Below, piece by piece: positions 12,966-29,195 of a stretch of DNA of 48,246 nt. Origin of the DNA: Guillardia theta CCMP2712. Lineage: Eukaryota; Protista; Cryptophyta. Numbering within the stretch: position 1 is the first letter of the stretch; the number at the start of each line of letters is the position of its first letter. Where the stretch lies: NCBI RefSeq assembly GCF_000315625.1, contig NW_005434619.1, positions 465,810 to 514,055 of the forward strand, in the 5' to 3' direction. Made by a program: the position numbers and the translations under genes. The notes under the pieces are model-generated. The model worked only from the letters and a program-made list of their open reading frames with translations. It did not search any database and was not told where the DNA came from.

Positions 12966-14407
12966 TGTTGACGGTGCTTGCAATCCTTTACTCCTGTGGC
13001 AGATAATCAGAAACTTAATGAAGCGCACTGCTAGAGCAAGGCTAAGCAACTTTTTCCCTTCCTGACATGCTCTAATTTTTTAGCATCAACCATTTCCCAT
13101 GAATTTGTCACGCGTGCGCGCTGACTTAATGGAGCTAACCTCTTCATTTTCCTTCCACGCGACTCCTCTACTCTTATTCCCCGATCCCTTCTTCTTACTT
13201 CAACCGCCTTTTCTCTTCCTGCCATCTCTAGCTCTGTTCTCGATGGGCCCTCCCCGCTTCGCCATCTGCATTATCATCTTGATAAATTTGCCTGCCATTT
13301 CCTCCGATGTTCCTAAATCACACATACAACCCCTCTTTCCTTCAGATACACTCTCACCCCACCCCCTCCATGTTCAGATCTTTCGATGAAATCCCTTCAT
13401 ACCGTGAACCCCTTCCCCGTGATCCCTACCCCCCGCCTGGATGCATCGCTCAATCTTTCACCCCACCGTTTTCCTAGATACAACCTACCCCTTGCTATGA
13501 TAAAAAATACCGTTCCAGAACCACTCACCCCCTTTCTCATAACCCCACCCTCTCACTTGCTAGATTACCCGACCCCTCGGTTTCATGACCATAACTCGTC
13601 TGACCCTATTTCTACTTTAGGGCAGTCCCGGACTATCCCAACGGTAGCACCTGATCTTCTTTATCGGAGCGGGGTCCCCCTCCATCATCATCACTACTCA
13701 CAATGGTATACTCTCGTCATTTGCTACCCATAACTTTTCACTCAACTCATAAATATATATGAAAATTGAGTCATCATTAAAACAATTGTTTTTACAGTGA
13801 AAAAACCGGATGCATCATACAAGATTTTCTCGTGCCGTCAAGATATGAAACGACGTCTCTTACAGATTGCATCCTGAGATCAGATTTCAACCGCTGCGGT
13901 CTCTCCCGTGACCCCACCTGGGACATTGGGAGTCAAAATGGTTACATTACCCCGACCCCCTTTTTCTATCACCCCGTACCCACCAATATCAAACGCTGAA
14001 CCCCTTCAAACTGGTCGGAATATCCCTGCTACCCCTACCCCTGTTTGTAAGGGGCCAAACATATCTCGAGCAACGACCCTCAACTACTACACCACGGACC
14101 TATACACCCTACCCCCACTTAGTAGTGACTCCTGCCCTCACAAAAACGGGTCCTGGTCCAAGCTTGAAGAGCCCGCGGCCGTTTCCCTCGTCCCCCCTCA
14201 TACCTGAGTCGGCTACACATCACGTAGCACCGGGTCTTGACTCTCTGCTGACAGTGAACGGTACCACCCCTCAGGCCAACAATCATGCTCTCACTGGGCC
14301 CGGTCAAATGAAGGGGTACTGAAACTAGCTTCTCGGAGTTCGGCCTGTTCCCTGAATCATCATCGAGTCCCGTGAGAGCGGAGTAGTAAAAAACTGAGTA
14401 AAAAACT

Positions 14408-14840
14408 TGGGACGGACGGGAGTCCGGGACTCCGACGACGGCTCCCGGAAGCCGCTCACTGAGTCAGTCCGGCCGCCCGCCGGGCCGCCCGCCGAGGCTG
14501 ATAGCGGGAGTCAGCGGGCCGGACTATCGGAGCCCCCCCCGGGCCCGGCGACGCGGCGCGACGCGGCGGGCCGCCACGTTGAACCGGGCCGCCGGGCCGC
14601 GGCCGGGCCCGGGGGCCCCGTCACACGGACGGCCGGCGGCGGCCCCCGTGACGGCGGCCCCGGCGCGACCGCCAGTCAATGAGACCGGGCCGATGTGGAT
14701 GGCTCGGCCGGGCTGGGGGATCAGATTCGACTCGATGAACGGCGGTCTATCACCCGGTGACCAATCGTCCTGGCCGCAGTGGCACTGAGATCGGACCCGC
14801 CGGGTCCTAGGCGCCGAGCGGGCCGGGCGGGCGGGGCCTT
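14408..14840. repeat. Very GC/CpG-rich intergenic island (GCCGG/CCGGG-rich low-complexity element)
   Basis: Abrupt GC-rich block with no credible ORF. Shorter similar patches occur at ~27150-27200 and ~47480-47560. Confidence 0.6.
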
Positions 14841-14923
14841 GCTAAAAGACCCCATAATTTGATTTCAAAAGTAGGGGTAGGGGTAGTGCATCTGATTCGT
14901 CGATTGCGCCCTGTGCTCGTGCC

Positions 14924-16861
14924 ATGGCGAACGGTAAGAGTCTGTTGGCGCTGCTACCCTCAGCCCCCTGTCCTCCTCCTCTCCCGCAAGCTCGTCCTTC
15001 TAACTTGATGCTTCTCTGCTCACAATCTCCCCCCCTCCTCTCTGCCTGCACATGCATTGCCTGATCATCCTTTCCTGAATGCTCGCTTCCCCTCCAAACC
15101 TTTCGTCAGTCTTTCTACATCCATCCATTCGGCGTGTCTCTGTAGATGAATATCTGATTGACAAGAGATTGAGAGTCTTGTGATCAGTTTCATCACCATC
15201 GTTCCTCAGCATTCTCTTTTATTGCTATATTCACCACATCCCCTAATCACCTTCTATCTTCGGCAGAGCGAGTTGGACTGGGACTTCAGTGCAAGCTGCT
15301 CGAGCGAAGGGATTGGAGTGAAGCATGCACTAGAAACAGACACCAAGAGACAGACGATGCTGACTTGTCGGGCAAACCGGATTGGGAGCGAATATATGAT
15401 CTAGCGGTTTGCAAGCCGCTGCTTCCTTTCCGCATTTTGAAGAGGTACCACGAGCTTCAGCATGCTGATCATTTCTATGCATGGCATGGTCATGTCAAAG
15501 AACAAAGGTGTCGCTTTACACCCATTCATAATTCGCTCCTGATCCTCTGACAGGAATGTGGACAACACAGCGAGCAACTACAACAACCTGATTATGAAAG
15601 CTGCAGGAGCTCTGTTGATAGTCACTGTTTGGATTATTCTCTTGCCTCGGATCTATGATCTTTCTCCTTCATGCGCATCTTTACAATCGGATGTGTCAAG
15701 TCAGTGCTCCTATACGCTGGCAGACCCCACTTGCTTTGGCACTCTGGACTCAGTAGCGAGCACTTGCAAACTGACAGGATCCTGCATTGGAACTTTCATC
15801 GGATGGACCCGAGGATTCTTGATGGTCGTGATGAACGCGCTCCTCCCTCTTCCTGCTCAGCATGGAACCGAGCAGTAAGACAAGCTGTCATTCGATTGGA
15901 TCTCCTTCATAAACCTCTTGTGTGGTGCTGTAGGTATTGGGATGTTTGGATCCGACGCAAGATACGTGAAGTCTTGGTTCGACCACCGAGTGGTTCCTTT
16001 GACTGCTTGCTGACATGCAAGCAGGCGCCGCAGTCCTTGCGCAGGCGAGACGTAGAGTCTTTCCTCTTGGTTCCTTGTCGCATGCTGCCTTTACAGGTCT
16101 GTGACGAATTCAAAGTGCTCGGTGGTAACTATTATGCTTGTGAAGTATTATTGCAACCTGAGTAGCACGTGGGGACAAGAAAGACTCCGGTGGCATTTAG
16201 ATATGATGCATGATGTGCTTTATCTTGAGCGGGTGAGGCGTTGGAGAATGTCCCGCCCCAGCTGATGGATGTTTGAAGTTGGAGGAAGCTGAAGGGCAAC
16301 AAGACATTGATGGCTGTGAGGGATCAGACAATGCCGAAAAAGATGACGGAGAGTCTGGTGAAACTTCCAAGAGATCAGATTCAAACTCGAGCATGCCGGA
16401 TGCTGGATCTTGTAAGCAGAAGTCCAAGAAGAAAACTGTGATTTCTCTCCTTATAAGTCGTCTTGCTGACACTTGCTGGCACCAGAGCCTGTGGGAGCGA
16501 AAGCGATGGAAAGGCGGAAGACGGATGGCGAAGAGAAATGCACATACATCAAAGACTCATTATGCCGCGTATGACAGATTATGCATGAAGCAATTCGGTA
16601 CTTTGGCGTCGGAGGCTTTTCCTCCATAGCATCTTCTTACATGATCCTCCAGGTGTCGGGGCGAAGTTTGATGGGGAGATGTGCGCATGCCAGGAAGGTT
16701 ATGTGGTCAAGGTATGTGAGGGATTAGAAGGACCAGACAATCTGACTGCCTTTCCTAGGGAGGTCGATGCGTTGAGTCGCCTGTTCATAGCGCTGCGGGA
16801 CCCAAATGCTCGAGCGAACACCCAGAAACTTGCAGCCAGCAGAGGCATCAGCCGGAGATGA
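14924..16861 (+). CDS. Hypothetical multi-pass membrane protein, multi-exon (3' part may be a separate gene)
   Basis: ATG at 14924 is followed by a gtaag donor. Hydrophobic segments include AAGALLIVTVWIILLP, IGTFIGWTRGFLMV and INLLCGAVGIGMFG, with a Cys-rich loop. The candidate terminal exon is EVDALSRLFIALRDPNARANTQKLAASRGISRR*. Confidence 0.45.
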
Positions 16862-17003
16862 AGAGAAGAACACGAGTCCTAGCCCGCAGTATCGACGAGT
16901 ACGAGGCCCCGGGTCCCACCGAGGCATCAGCCGGAGATGAAGAGAAGAACACGAGTCCTAGCCCGCAGTATCGACGAGTACGAGGCCCCGGGTCCCACCG
17001 AGG
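16842..17003. repeat. Perfect 79-bp tandem duplication
   Basis: 16842-16920 is identical to 16921-16999, followed by GAGG. Confidence 0.95.
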
Positions 17004-17175
17004 ACGATCGAGACATTCACGCAAACGGTAGAGGGAGGGAAGATTTGTAAATAATCATGGAAACTACTCACGGGAAAAAGGCGCTCATGTATTCTAGTTG
17101 GCGAAATATTGTTGAAATGTGATAAGCAGATAAACAATCAATGTTCAATGGTCCCACGTACAGAAGGATCAATGT

Positions 17176-20466
<3,291 letters not shown>

Positions 20467-21745
20467 GCTGATCCTTCTACCTCCCTTCTGTCTCACCTAT
20501 CAAGCCATGCTTGCGGTCTATCGTCAAGCCCCTTTACAATAAGCAGTAGAGAAAAAGAAAATTGATCGGACTCCTTTTGGGGCCCGGCATCCCGGCCACA
20601 TCCCCGCTCATAACTCTCCATATCGGCGTCGACCCACCCCCTCTGTCTCCGGGTCGGAATGGAGGGTACCCTCTTTTGTACCTAGGTTGTAGCGGTGACT
20701 GTAGGGTCCATTGGAAATTGGTGGGATGTATAAGTACATTGGTGGTGCTTCTTGTAGGATGAAGGAGTGAGGCTAATAATTTCATAGTACTTGATTTAAG
20801 AAATTACTCCTCTATGCCTAGGTTGAAATCAGAATAGAAGTAGAGGGGGTGGGGGTAGAAATGTCAAGGGGTGTCTGGTACAAAAGAGAGCATTGGTGGA
20901 AAGATGGGGTGGGGTCTCCCCTAAACTTCGCCGCGCAGGAGGAAAGAGCTTGTTCGGGTTGCGGGAGGACGGAATGATGGAGGGGAGGAAGAGGGAAGGA
21001 GAAGTCAGGAGAGAGACTGAGAGAGGAAAGAGAGAGATGAGATGCGATCGCACAGAAACTCCAATGACACACCACGTCGAAGTGAGGGGGGGGGGAAGGC
21101 AACCGCAGATACGAGTGAAATGTTTGTGTTGATAGTAAAAGGGGAAGGAATCGGGCAAGAGATCAGAAGGATGTGAATGAAATTCAGATCGTCGTAGTCG
21201 TCTGAAACGAACTAAATATGTTGTTAGCAAAAAGAAAGGAGACATGAATATCCGGCTCAAATAGTGGCGGATCCAGGTTGCAGGTGGGCATGTAGTTGCA
21301 AACAGTCGAGTGGTGAGAGAGGATAAAAAAAGCCTCGCAACTCCAGCAACTTCATCATTTCTGAAAGGTTGCATGAAATGCGAGGCTTATGGGAGGACAA
21401 GGCGGGAAGAGGAGGGCTGGAAGTGTTGAAGATTCTGCAATGTTGACTAGGTACAAAATCAGTTGAGGTGAAGTGTGAAAGAAACGATGGTGTAGGCAGA
21501 TGGAAAGAAAGAGTCTGCAGAATTGCAGGAGCATGAAAGCGATTGGAATTGTGCTGATGATTCCTGTTCAGGGATGGTTGTCCGACTAAGATAGTGGACA
21601 TCGGGAGCTCCCACCCTCGCTGCGGTTCTTTCCGTGACAACGGAACCTTCATCTGCTCAGGCACGAGTTCTGCTCCCCTCGGAACCATGAGCTGTCGAAC
21701 TTAACCTGCTCCCTTCGCTCTCGGCAACTTTGAAGGACCTTGAAC

Positions 21746-24281
21746 ATGGGTCAGTGCCTCTCGGCGAATGTCAAAAAGAAAAAGAAGAGCGATGACAGGG
21801 CGCAACATAAACCCTCGTACCTGGGGCCGGATGGCATTGAGCATAGATTTATGGATACATCCCATAGTGAGGAGAAACCAGTGCGAGGGGATGAAAAAAG
21901 TTCTTTTGACCCCCGAGATTTCGACTTGGAGCCGGACCATGTCTCGCAGGTGGTTCACAACCGGCCGGAGCCTGTCAACGTTCCCTCAGGTGGCTTCTCA
22001 CTATCGGTAGAAGTCGGTCGCCTCGATCAATTCATCAAGTCTGACGAAGAGAAGGCAAATGGTAAGGCAGAAGTTTTCGCCCAGTCCAGGCAAGAGGCGA
22101 ACGGGGAGACGAACTTCACTGATCAGAACGGCAAGGGAGGGGAGGCCTTGGTCAAGCGCACTTTATCTGCAGCTCCAATGATACGATCGTTCCCTCCTGT
22201 TGGCGTCTCCATCCTGCTCAAGGATGAAATGTCCAAGTATGTGAATGATGCCACGACGCTGGAGATGATGGACCTTGCGATCATACAATCCCTCGCGCAA
22301 GCTCTTGGGACAAGGGTCGAGAGATTTAAGATCATGCCTTCGCATTTGAAAGAGAATTTCGTGAACTTGAACGTGCTGGATGGAAGAGACGAAGAGGATC
22401 AAAGATCTCCCATGCAACTCGCTGCAGAGTTGGTACGAGAGGTGCAGGACTCCAGCAGCAGGTTACATGCGGATGCAGCTTGCAGGTTTTCAGATGCGAG
22501 GATTGCTGAAGATCCATTTCAGCCGAAGCGAATTCAGAGCTCCAACACCTTGAACAAGCTCAAGAACTTGGAAGGTCATCACAACGTGCCGGAGATCCAA
22601 TCATCGAACTTTAAAGTCGCAGACAAGAAATTTCCGTTTGACATCTCGCGGGTTAAAAATACGTCGGAGCTTCCTGGAAACGTTCTGGTAAAGGACGGAG
22701 GAACGTATGCAGGGGAGTTGGAGAACGGGTTGCGACATGGCAGAGGGAAGCATCATTATGCCAACGGCGATGTTTATGTGGGATGCTTCGAGAACGACAA
22801 ACGTCATGGAATCGGCCGGCTCACGCTGGCCAACGACAGAGGAACTTATCTGGGGGAGTGGCTGGGCGACCTGAGGACAGGGAAGGGATCGTGGGACTAC
22901 CAGGTCTTGTGCATGCTGCTCCTCTTTCGCCTCACTTAAGTTGCAGCCTCTCCAGCCAAACAAACACGTCTATGTTGGGACGTGGAAGAGTGGATTGAGG
23001 GAAGGGGAGGGAAGGCTGGCAATGGCAGATGGCTTTTGGTACAAAGGGGAGTTCAGACAAGACTTTATGCATGGCCATGGTTTCATGCAGATGGAAAACA
23101 AGGATATGTTCGATGGAAACTTCTTTCAAGGTAAGACAATCTCTCGTGCCTATGGTGATGAAAAGCTGCCAAAAAACGTGTAGGAGTGAATTATCACTTG
23201 CGTTCATTCATGAGTTTTGCTATGACCCATTATAAACTGTTGGCAGGATGGATTCATGGGCCGGGGACATGGACGTGTGCATCTACTGGCAAGTCTAAAC
23301 ATTCCTACTGGAGCCTCGGAACAGAACTGGAGAGGATGACTGCGGTAAGTTCGCTCCTCGCACTCTGGTAGAGGTGACGTCATTGATTTCTGCCAGGACG
23401 AAGCGATGGCTGAGATCAACATGGTGGTGGCGGAGGCGTTGCGGAAGCCATGTCCGCTGGGTCCACACCATCCTACCAAAGACGCCGCGGACTTCTCGCA
23501 TGTGGATCACCTTCCCTATCACAAGCTGCTGCAGCACAACGATCTTGACAAGGAGAGGTCCAACGGAGTCAGAAATGCGCAGGTGCCGGCGCAGCCTGCA
23601 GTCGGAATGCGGCAAGAAGCTTCGAATGTGATGGCTGAGTTGAGCACGTGCATCTCACTGACTGTTTGACAGGCTGAGTCTGCGGTTGACAAGATGACAG
23701 GTTGACTGTTGACCGACCTCGTTCTTTGAACTGACTGGAGCATGCAGATGGTCGCGGAGGGAGCATGCGAGATGCAAACGGCAGAAGTGAGAGATCGACG
23801 ACTGCTACGGTGACTTGCCATCTCATCCATCTCGTCGGTTGGTGACTTTCATCTGCCCCGACAGGGTCTCATCAAGCGCAAGCCACAAACTTTGCAAGGT
23901 TTGTGAATCAGAAACTCCTTGAGAGGGCTGACAGCCTGCGATGTTGCCAGGAGGGGACTTATCAAGCGACGACTTGCTGAAGGAGGTGTGGACCTCTTGT
24001 GCTCTTGTCCTCTATAGACCTCTGGTTTGCTGCAGAGCCCCTTGTCTTCTATGGGCTTTCCCTCTGTTAGCTCTTGTCTTCTGACCCTTGCATGTCTTGA
24101 TTCGCCTTTTGACCTTCGAACAGGTTAAGCCTCCGGTTCGTCCAAGTCGATCTGGCGCTCAGCTATCGACATCTCAGACGTGAGGCCGCTAGCTGAACTC
24201 TTGCCGGCATTTGACAGCTTTGACAGGCTGTCGCTTGTGGCCGAGAAGTTGTCAAAACTGCAGGAGCTGCAAGATCGATGA
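21746..24281 (+). CDS. MORN-repeat protein with N-terminal MGQCLS acylation motif, multi-exon
   Basis: MORN units TYAGELENGLRHGRG, VYVGCFENDKRHGIG, TYLGEWLGDLRTGKG, VYVGTWKSGLREGEG and WYKGEFRQDFMHGHG. N-terminus MGQCLSANVKKKKK. The C-terminal exons to ...LQELQDR* are less certain. Confidence 0.8.
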
Positions 24282-24607
24282 GTCTGACATCCCCCGCCGT
24301 CCTGCAGCTGCTTGCTTGGAGTTTTTCTGTTTTGATATCCTGGTTGTCTATATGTTGGAGTATTCTTTTGTTGCTATATTCTTGTACACTTAGTAAAGTC
24401 GGATTTGCAAATGAAACACACAGGAGAGAGAAATGAAAGATGGTTGATTGCTCGTCAAAGCTGGAGATGGAGCTGACTGCAGACGGTCATGATAGCTAGA
24501 GTTTTGAAGCTGGTGCTTCAATAATCGCTGATGCTGATACTTATGCTGAAGTTTTTGATAATTTCAATCATGAATATGAGAAGGATGGTTCAGTCGCCCA
24601 GGATAAT

Positions 24608-26578
24608 TCACTGAACTTCAGATGCATCTTCGATGATTTCGCGAACCCTAAGGCATTGCATCCGCATGCGCTCCAAACTGTTCTTCATTTCATACCACCT
24701 GACACTTCCTAAGGGCCACAAACAAGCTGAGAATTTCCCATCTTACCTGTATTTCCTTTCAGTCGATGCAGGCAGCAGGGGTATGAGAAAAAAGGACAAC
24801 TGCACAAATATCAGCAACTGGGTGCTCGTCCGTTGATCCCCTCTGTTCTCTGAATCACAACACACCTGATCTGCGTTGAGCTTTGCAAGTCTGGACAGCA
24901 TCATATCCAGGTTAAGACCTTCTGCTCCTACGATAACTTTGCTCAAGTTGCCAAGAATCTCAGACTTGATCATTTCTGCGGTGTCGCCATCCTCCTCAGC
25001 TATCGGCTCGTCCTCAAACACCTGCTCGCTGCTCACTCCCGTCTCTTCCTCTCACCCTTTGGTCTCCTGACCTCGCAGCGTGCAAAATGAAGGCCGAACC
25101 TGCCCGGAGACAGATGGGCGTCTCGCACGTGCACGCGAGCCACCCCCACGACTCGAATGTCGCACGTGCCATCAAGCTCTGCGCTTAGAGTCTGTCGGAT
25201 CACTCGACACGCCGTTCCCACCTGTTGCCAGCCCGTCATCATCCCATCGTCCTCTCCTCTTGGTATCCACATGGTCCTAACCTTCTCTCCTGGCTTCGTC
25301 AGCACGAAAAGCGCTCCGTGGTCGACGCATGTCTTCACCATCAAGCGGTATCTCGGTTCAAACACCACCATGTCCAAGAACAAGCCCGATACCACCGGCG
25401 CAGCCCACTGGCGCAGCGTTAGGGGTCAAAAGCGAAAAAACGTTGTCGTTACAGGAAGGGGAAAGATTGGCGCAAATTCTTCTTCTCCTGGAAACGGTGA
25501 CCTAACCATGTTCTCCCGGATGTACTCTTCCTCCTTAGGATCTCCCCCATGCATCTGCCCTCCACATCCTAGTCAGCCCGTATTTCCCTCCTCTGCCTCT
25601 ATCCATCTCTTGCCTTTTCATCTCTTGCCTTGAACGCCACTCGCTCTGACTCTGGCACGGAAGGTAAGTGGGACGTCGGCAGGAACAATTGCTGAGTTGT
25701 GACTAGATCCGTCTTCAGATCCGCCAGCCGCATCTCTCCGAAGAGCTCCATGATCATTGTCTTCATCTGCTCGCCTGCCAGCTCTTCTCACAAACTCATT
25801 CCTTCTCTAGCGCTGATGATGACTCACCGTGTTCCTTGCTCTGAAGGACAAACCCCACGCACAGCTTGTTCGGCACTCCGTTGAGGAAAAGACGGCTTGC
25901 TTTCACTTGGCACATGAACTTGCTGGCCTCAGGGAAAAGCATCTCGAGCTTCTTGAAAAGCTCCTTCCTCTTGGTGTTCCCTGTCGTCGCAAGGAAGAAG
26001 AAAGGAGACGGTTGATCCCGTGCAAGCAGCTGACGATAAGAGTCGAGCTGCGGCAGACCATCCTGCTCTGCTGTAAACATCTCTAGCATCACCCCGTCCT
26101 CCAGCTTCAAGACGCTGATCGAGACATGATATCCCTTCGCGTTCTTGTCGGTGAAAGTTCGAGATATCATCGTCAACGAGTTCCTTCGTAACGCCTCGGG
26201 CAGCACGAGCTCCTGCTCCTCCTGTTCCTCGTGCTCCTCCGAATTGGGCGGGTAGATGACGACCAGGCTCAGATACTTGCTCAAACTTGACATGGCTCTG
26301 TCTGCTTCTTCCGCGCAGGACCTGATGGCGTGTCCTAGCTGGGGAGAGGAGAACTCGAACCGCATGACTCCCTCAACTCGCCTCTCCGTCCATGCCGACA
26401 TCCGCCTCAACGGTGGACATCCCAGTCGTCTGGCCGTCCATCTGGCACTTTCTTGGTGAAGCATCATCCTCCCGCTGTTTCTTGCGACACATGCTCCCAG
26501 CCCACGGCAAGGCATCGACCACATTGACATCCTGTGAACCTTGCGGAGAAACTGCGATAGACTTCGGAGCCCGCTCAT
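24608..26578 (-). CDS. Protein with FIST-like N-terminal region and LON peptidase N-terminal (substrate-binding) domain; putative mitochondrial presequence
   Basis: LON-N motifs LDMVVFEPRYRLMVKTC, VGTACRVIR, DGTCDIRVVGVARV and QLSFFLIPLLP...WYEMKNSLERM. The N-terminal ~60 aa are Arg/Ser-rich and nearly acid-free. FIST-like segments SISVLKLEDGV and FFFLAT...LFKKLEMLFPEASKF give weaker support. Confidence 0.7.
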
Positions 26579-27202
26579 GGTAGCCTAGCCAACTTTTGAG
26601 CTCACTATGCTTCTCCTGCAGCATGGAAACGTTAGAGAAGACACACAAGTGATAGGTCGCTAGCACAGTAGAGGATTAGCGGAGGTTACAGCAACACCAT
26701 AGTTGCACAATCGTAGGATTCAAGATCATTCGAATCAACTACATGCATATCTCCCTCATCGCTTTTCACCCTCTTCTCATCTCTTGTGTTCCTTCAACTT
26801 TTCTTCCTGGTGTTCTTCTCCCTCCCCCCTCTCCCACCTCCCTCTCCCACCTCCCTCTCCCTCCTCCCTCTCCCTCCTCCCTCTCCCTCCTCCCTCTCCA
26901 GGCTCCTCTCCTTCCCTCCTCCTTCCCTCCTCGTTCTCTCCTTCTCTCCTTCTCTCCTTCTCTCCTTCTCTCCTTCTCTCCTTCTCTCTTTCTCTCCTCC
27001 TTCTCTCCTTCCCTCTTCCCTCCTCCCTCCTCTCCTCCCTCCTCCCTCCTCCCTCCCTCTCCTTGTAAGGATGTGGCACTACCCCACCCATGCCTTCCAA
27101 ACTTCCCCACACCACCGGGTGCCAGCCCCTTCCACAAACTTTACTGCCAACCGGCCCCGGCCCCGGCCGGCAGCCATCCGATGGCACAGTCACTCAGTTC
27201 CT

Positions 27203-27264
27203 TTTACTCAAAGTTAAGTTAAATCAGGGTGGTCTACCAGAGTTTTAGCTTAACTTTGAGTAAA
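27203..27264. repeat. 21-bp inverted repeat (1 mismatch) with 20-bp spacer
   Basis: TTTACTCAAAGTTAAGTTAAA (27203-27223) pairs with TTTAGCTTAACTTTGAGTAAA (27244-27264). Confidence 0.9.
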
Positions 27265-27349
27265 GATTCGTGGTAGTGGCATGTTTTTGAAAGTTGGTCT
27301 GCCAGCATTCGCGGCTCCCTTCTGAAGGTTATTAGTTGTAAGGGGGTCC

Positions 27350-29060
27350 ATGGCTAGCTACAGCGAGGTCGAGGCGCATGCAGAGCAAGAGGAGGAGACG
27401 CGAAGGGTCTGAGAGCTGAGAGCTCTGCTGGCAGCTGAAGTTGCTGTGAGACAGTCCGAGGGTTGCTGACATCTGCTTGCTTCGAGGGTGAAGGAAACAT
27501 CTCACTCCACAGTCAAAGGCGAACCCTTGGTCAGAAACTGTGAGCGAGACGCCCTGTCCAAGAGCCTTGGAACAACATCTCGAAGCTTTTCTGCTTCCCT
27601 CAGTGAACTCAATAGCTTCTGTGTACCCCATCATGCAGAGCCGAGCGGCTCCTCTTCAACGTGGCATGCAGTCGAACGGAGTCTTTCGGAGCTCGCGAGA
27701 GGGCAGCCCAGCGTTTTCGAGTTGTCGCTCGAGCATTTCACCTGTTCCTTCCATATCTGACCGCTCGGCGTCTCCCTTCCCTGACATGCACTTGGAGGAC
27801 GAGACTCGACCTGGCCTTCCGCATGTCTCGCCCAAACTGTGGATCATGGCAGAGTTCTCGTACCTCGAGCAGACCGTCGCTTCGCTCGTGCAGTTTGTGC
27901 AGGAGGAGACGGAGTCCTGCTCGTCGGGAGCCTTCAAGCGAGGCGATACAGACAGGCGACCTGGTGGCATCAGAGAGAGCGGGCTCGTAGGGCTAGCGTT
28001 CGATGACGACTACAAGGTGATGGAGCTCGTGCCGTGCTCGCCTGCGGATGATAGCAGACTCATCATGGTGGGAGATCAGCTCCTCTCTGTTGACGGACAG
28101 GAAGTTCAAAGCTTTATTCGAGCAGGAGCAAGCTCAGAGACGCTCCTCAGTGGCCCCGTGGGCTCCTACGTTGAGCTCGTGCTGACCAGAGGAGAGGGAG
28201 TGAAGGCTCATCTTGTGCGGGTGAGCCTGCAGAGGACGTCGAGGTCCATCGTCCTGCGTCGACTTTCACTCCGACATGATGTGGAGACGCTGCGAGCGTT
28301 TGTAGAGAGCGTGCTGAGAGAGAGAGCTTGCGCTCCCTCGGATGAGAAGTCCGAGTGCCGGTCCTGTGTCAGGCTCAAGAGCTTCAACGCGCTTGCGACG
28401 CGGCGGATGCAGCGGGTGATTGAGTTGAACGTACAGCTGTTTGAGGAGAGGAACCGTTTCTCCCTGCGTCATGCTGAGTTGCAGGAGGAAGTTGAGCGCG
28501 CTAAGGCCGTGGTCACTCAGCTCACCTCCATGGTGGAGGAGGTTGAAGGTGTTGTGGGCAACGCTGAGAGTCAGCTGGTGGAGAGCTCGAGAAGCTCGAG
28601 GATGCTGGAGAATCGTGAGACAGGCTCGGAGACGCATATTAATGCCTTGCTGGCTGAAAACAGAGACTTGAAGGCAAAGCTGCAGGAGGAGGAGGAGAGG
28701 TTGAAAGAGACTCGGCAACACATGGAGCTTCTTCAGGAGGAGAACGTGAAGCTCAGGAGCGGGGGAAGCAAATCGAGCTCGCAGTCGACAGAGGTAGGAA
28801 GCAACCAGCAGAAGCAGATGCAGGAGCTCTCAGAGACTATCCGCTCGCTCGAGGAGAGCTGGCAGGATGTTCTCTCTGTCCTCCCGAAGCCTTCGGAGGC
28901 TTCCCGGGGAAGGAAACAGACTTTCCCGCTTCCCTCTCCCCAGTCAGGTGACCGTGAGATTGTGAAACACCAGGGCCTGGGATCGTACGTGGCTCGCCAG
29001 CTCGACATGCTTGCGCGAAGTATGCTGCGAGCAGCGGAGGAAGAAAGGAATGTCTGTTAG
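27350..29060 (+). CDS. PDZ-domain and coiled-coil protein
   Basis: PDZ motif GLVGLAFDDDYKVMELVPCSPADDSRLIMVGDQLLSVDG...LLSGPVGSYVELVLTR is followed by a long heptad-rich E/L/Q region. Likely ATG at 27350 with a short first exon. Confidence 0.8.
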
Positions 29061-29195
29061 CTACACATGCTACAGTATGGAAGGAAGGAGAGAGTCAGTT
29101 GAGCGGGGGGAGGGGAAGGAGAGTCAAGCAACAGAGGGAGGAGAGCATTGTAGGTCAAAGTGAGCATAAAGCGTTATAGAGGTATACTCTCAGCC

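Noticed and set aside
26703-27222. Overlapping Pro/Ser/Leu and Glu/Arg/Gly ORFs
   Set aside because: The polypyrimidine low-complexity tract lacks stops in all frames by composition.
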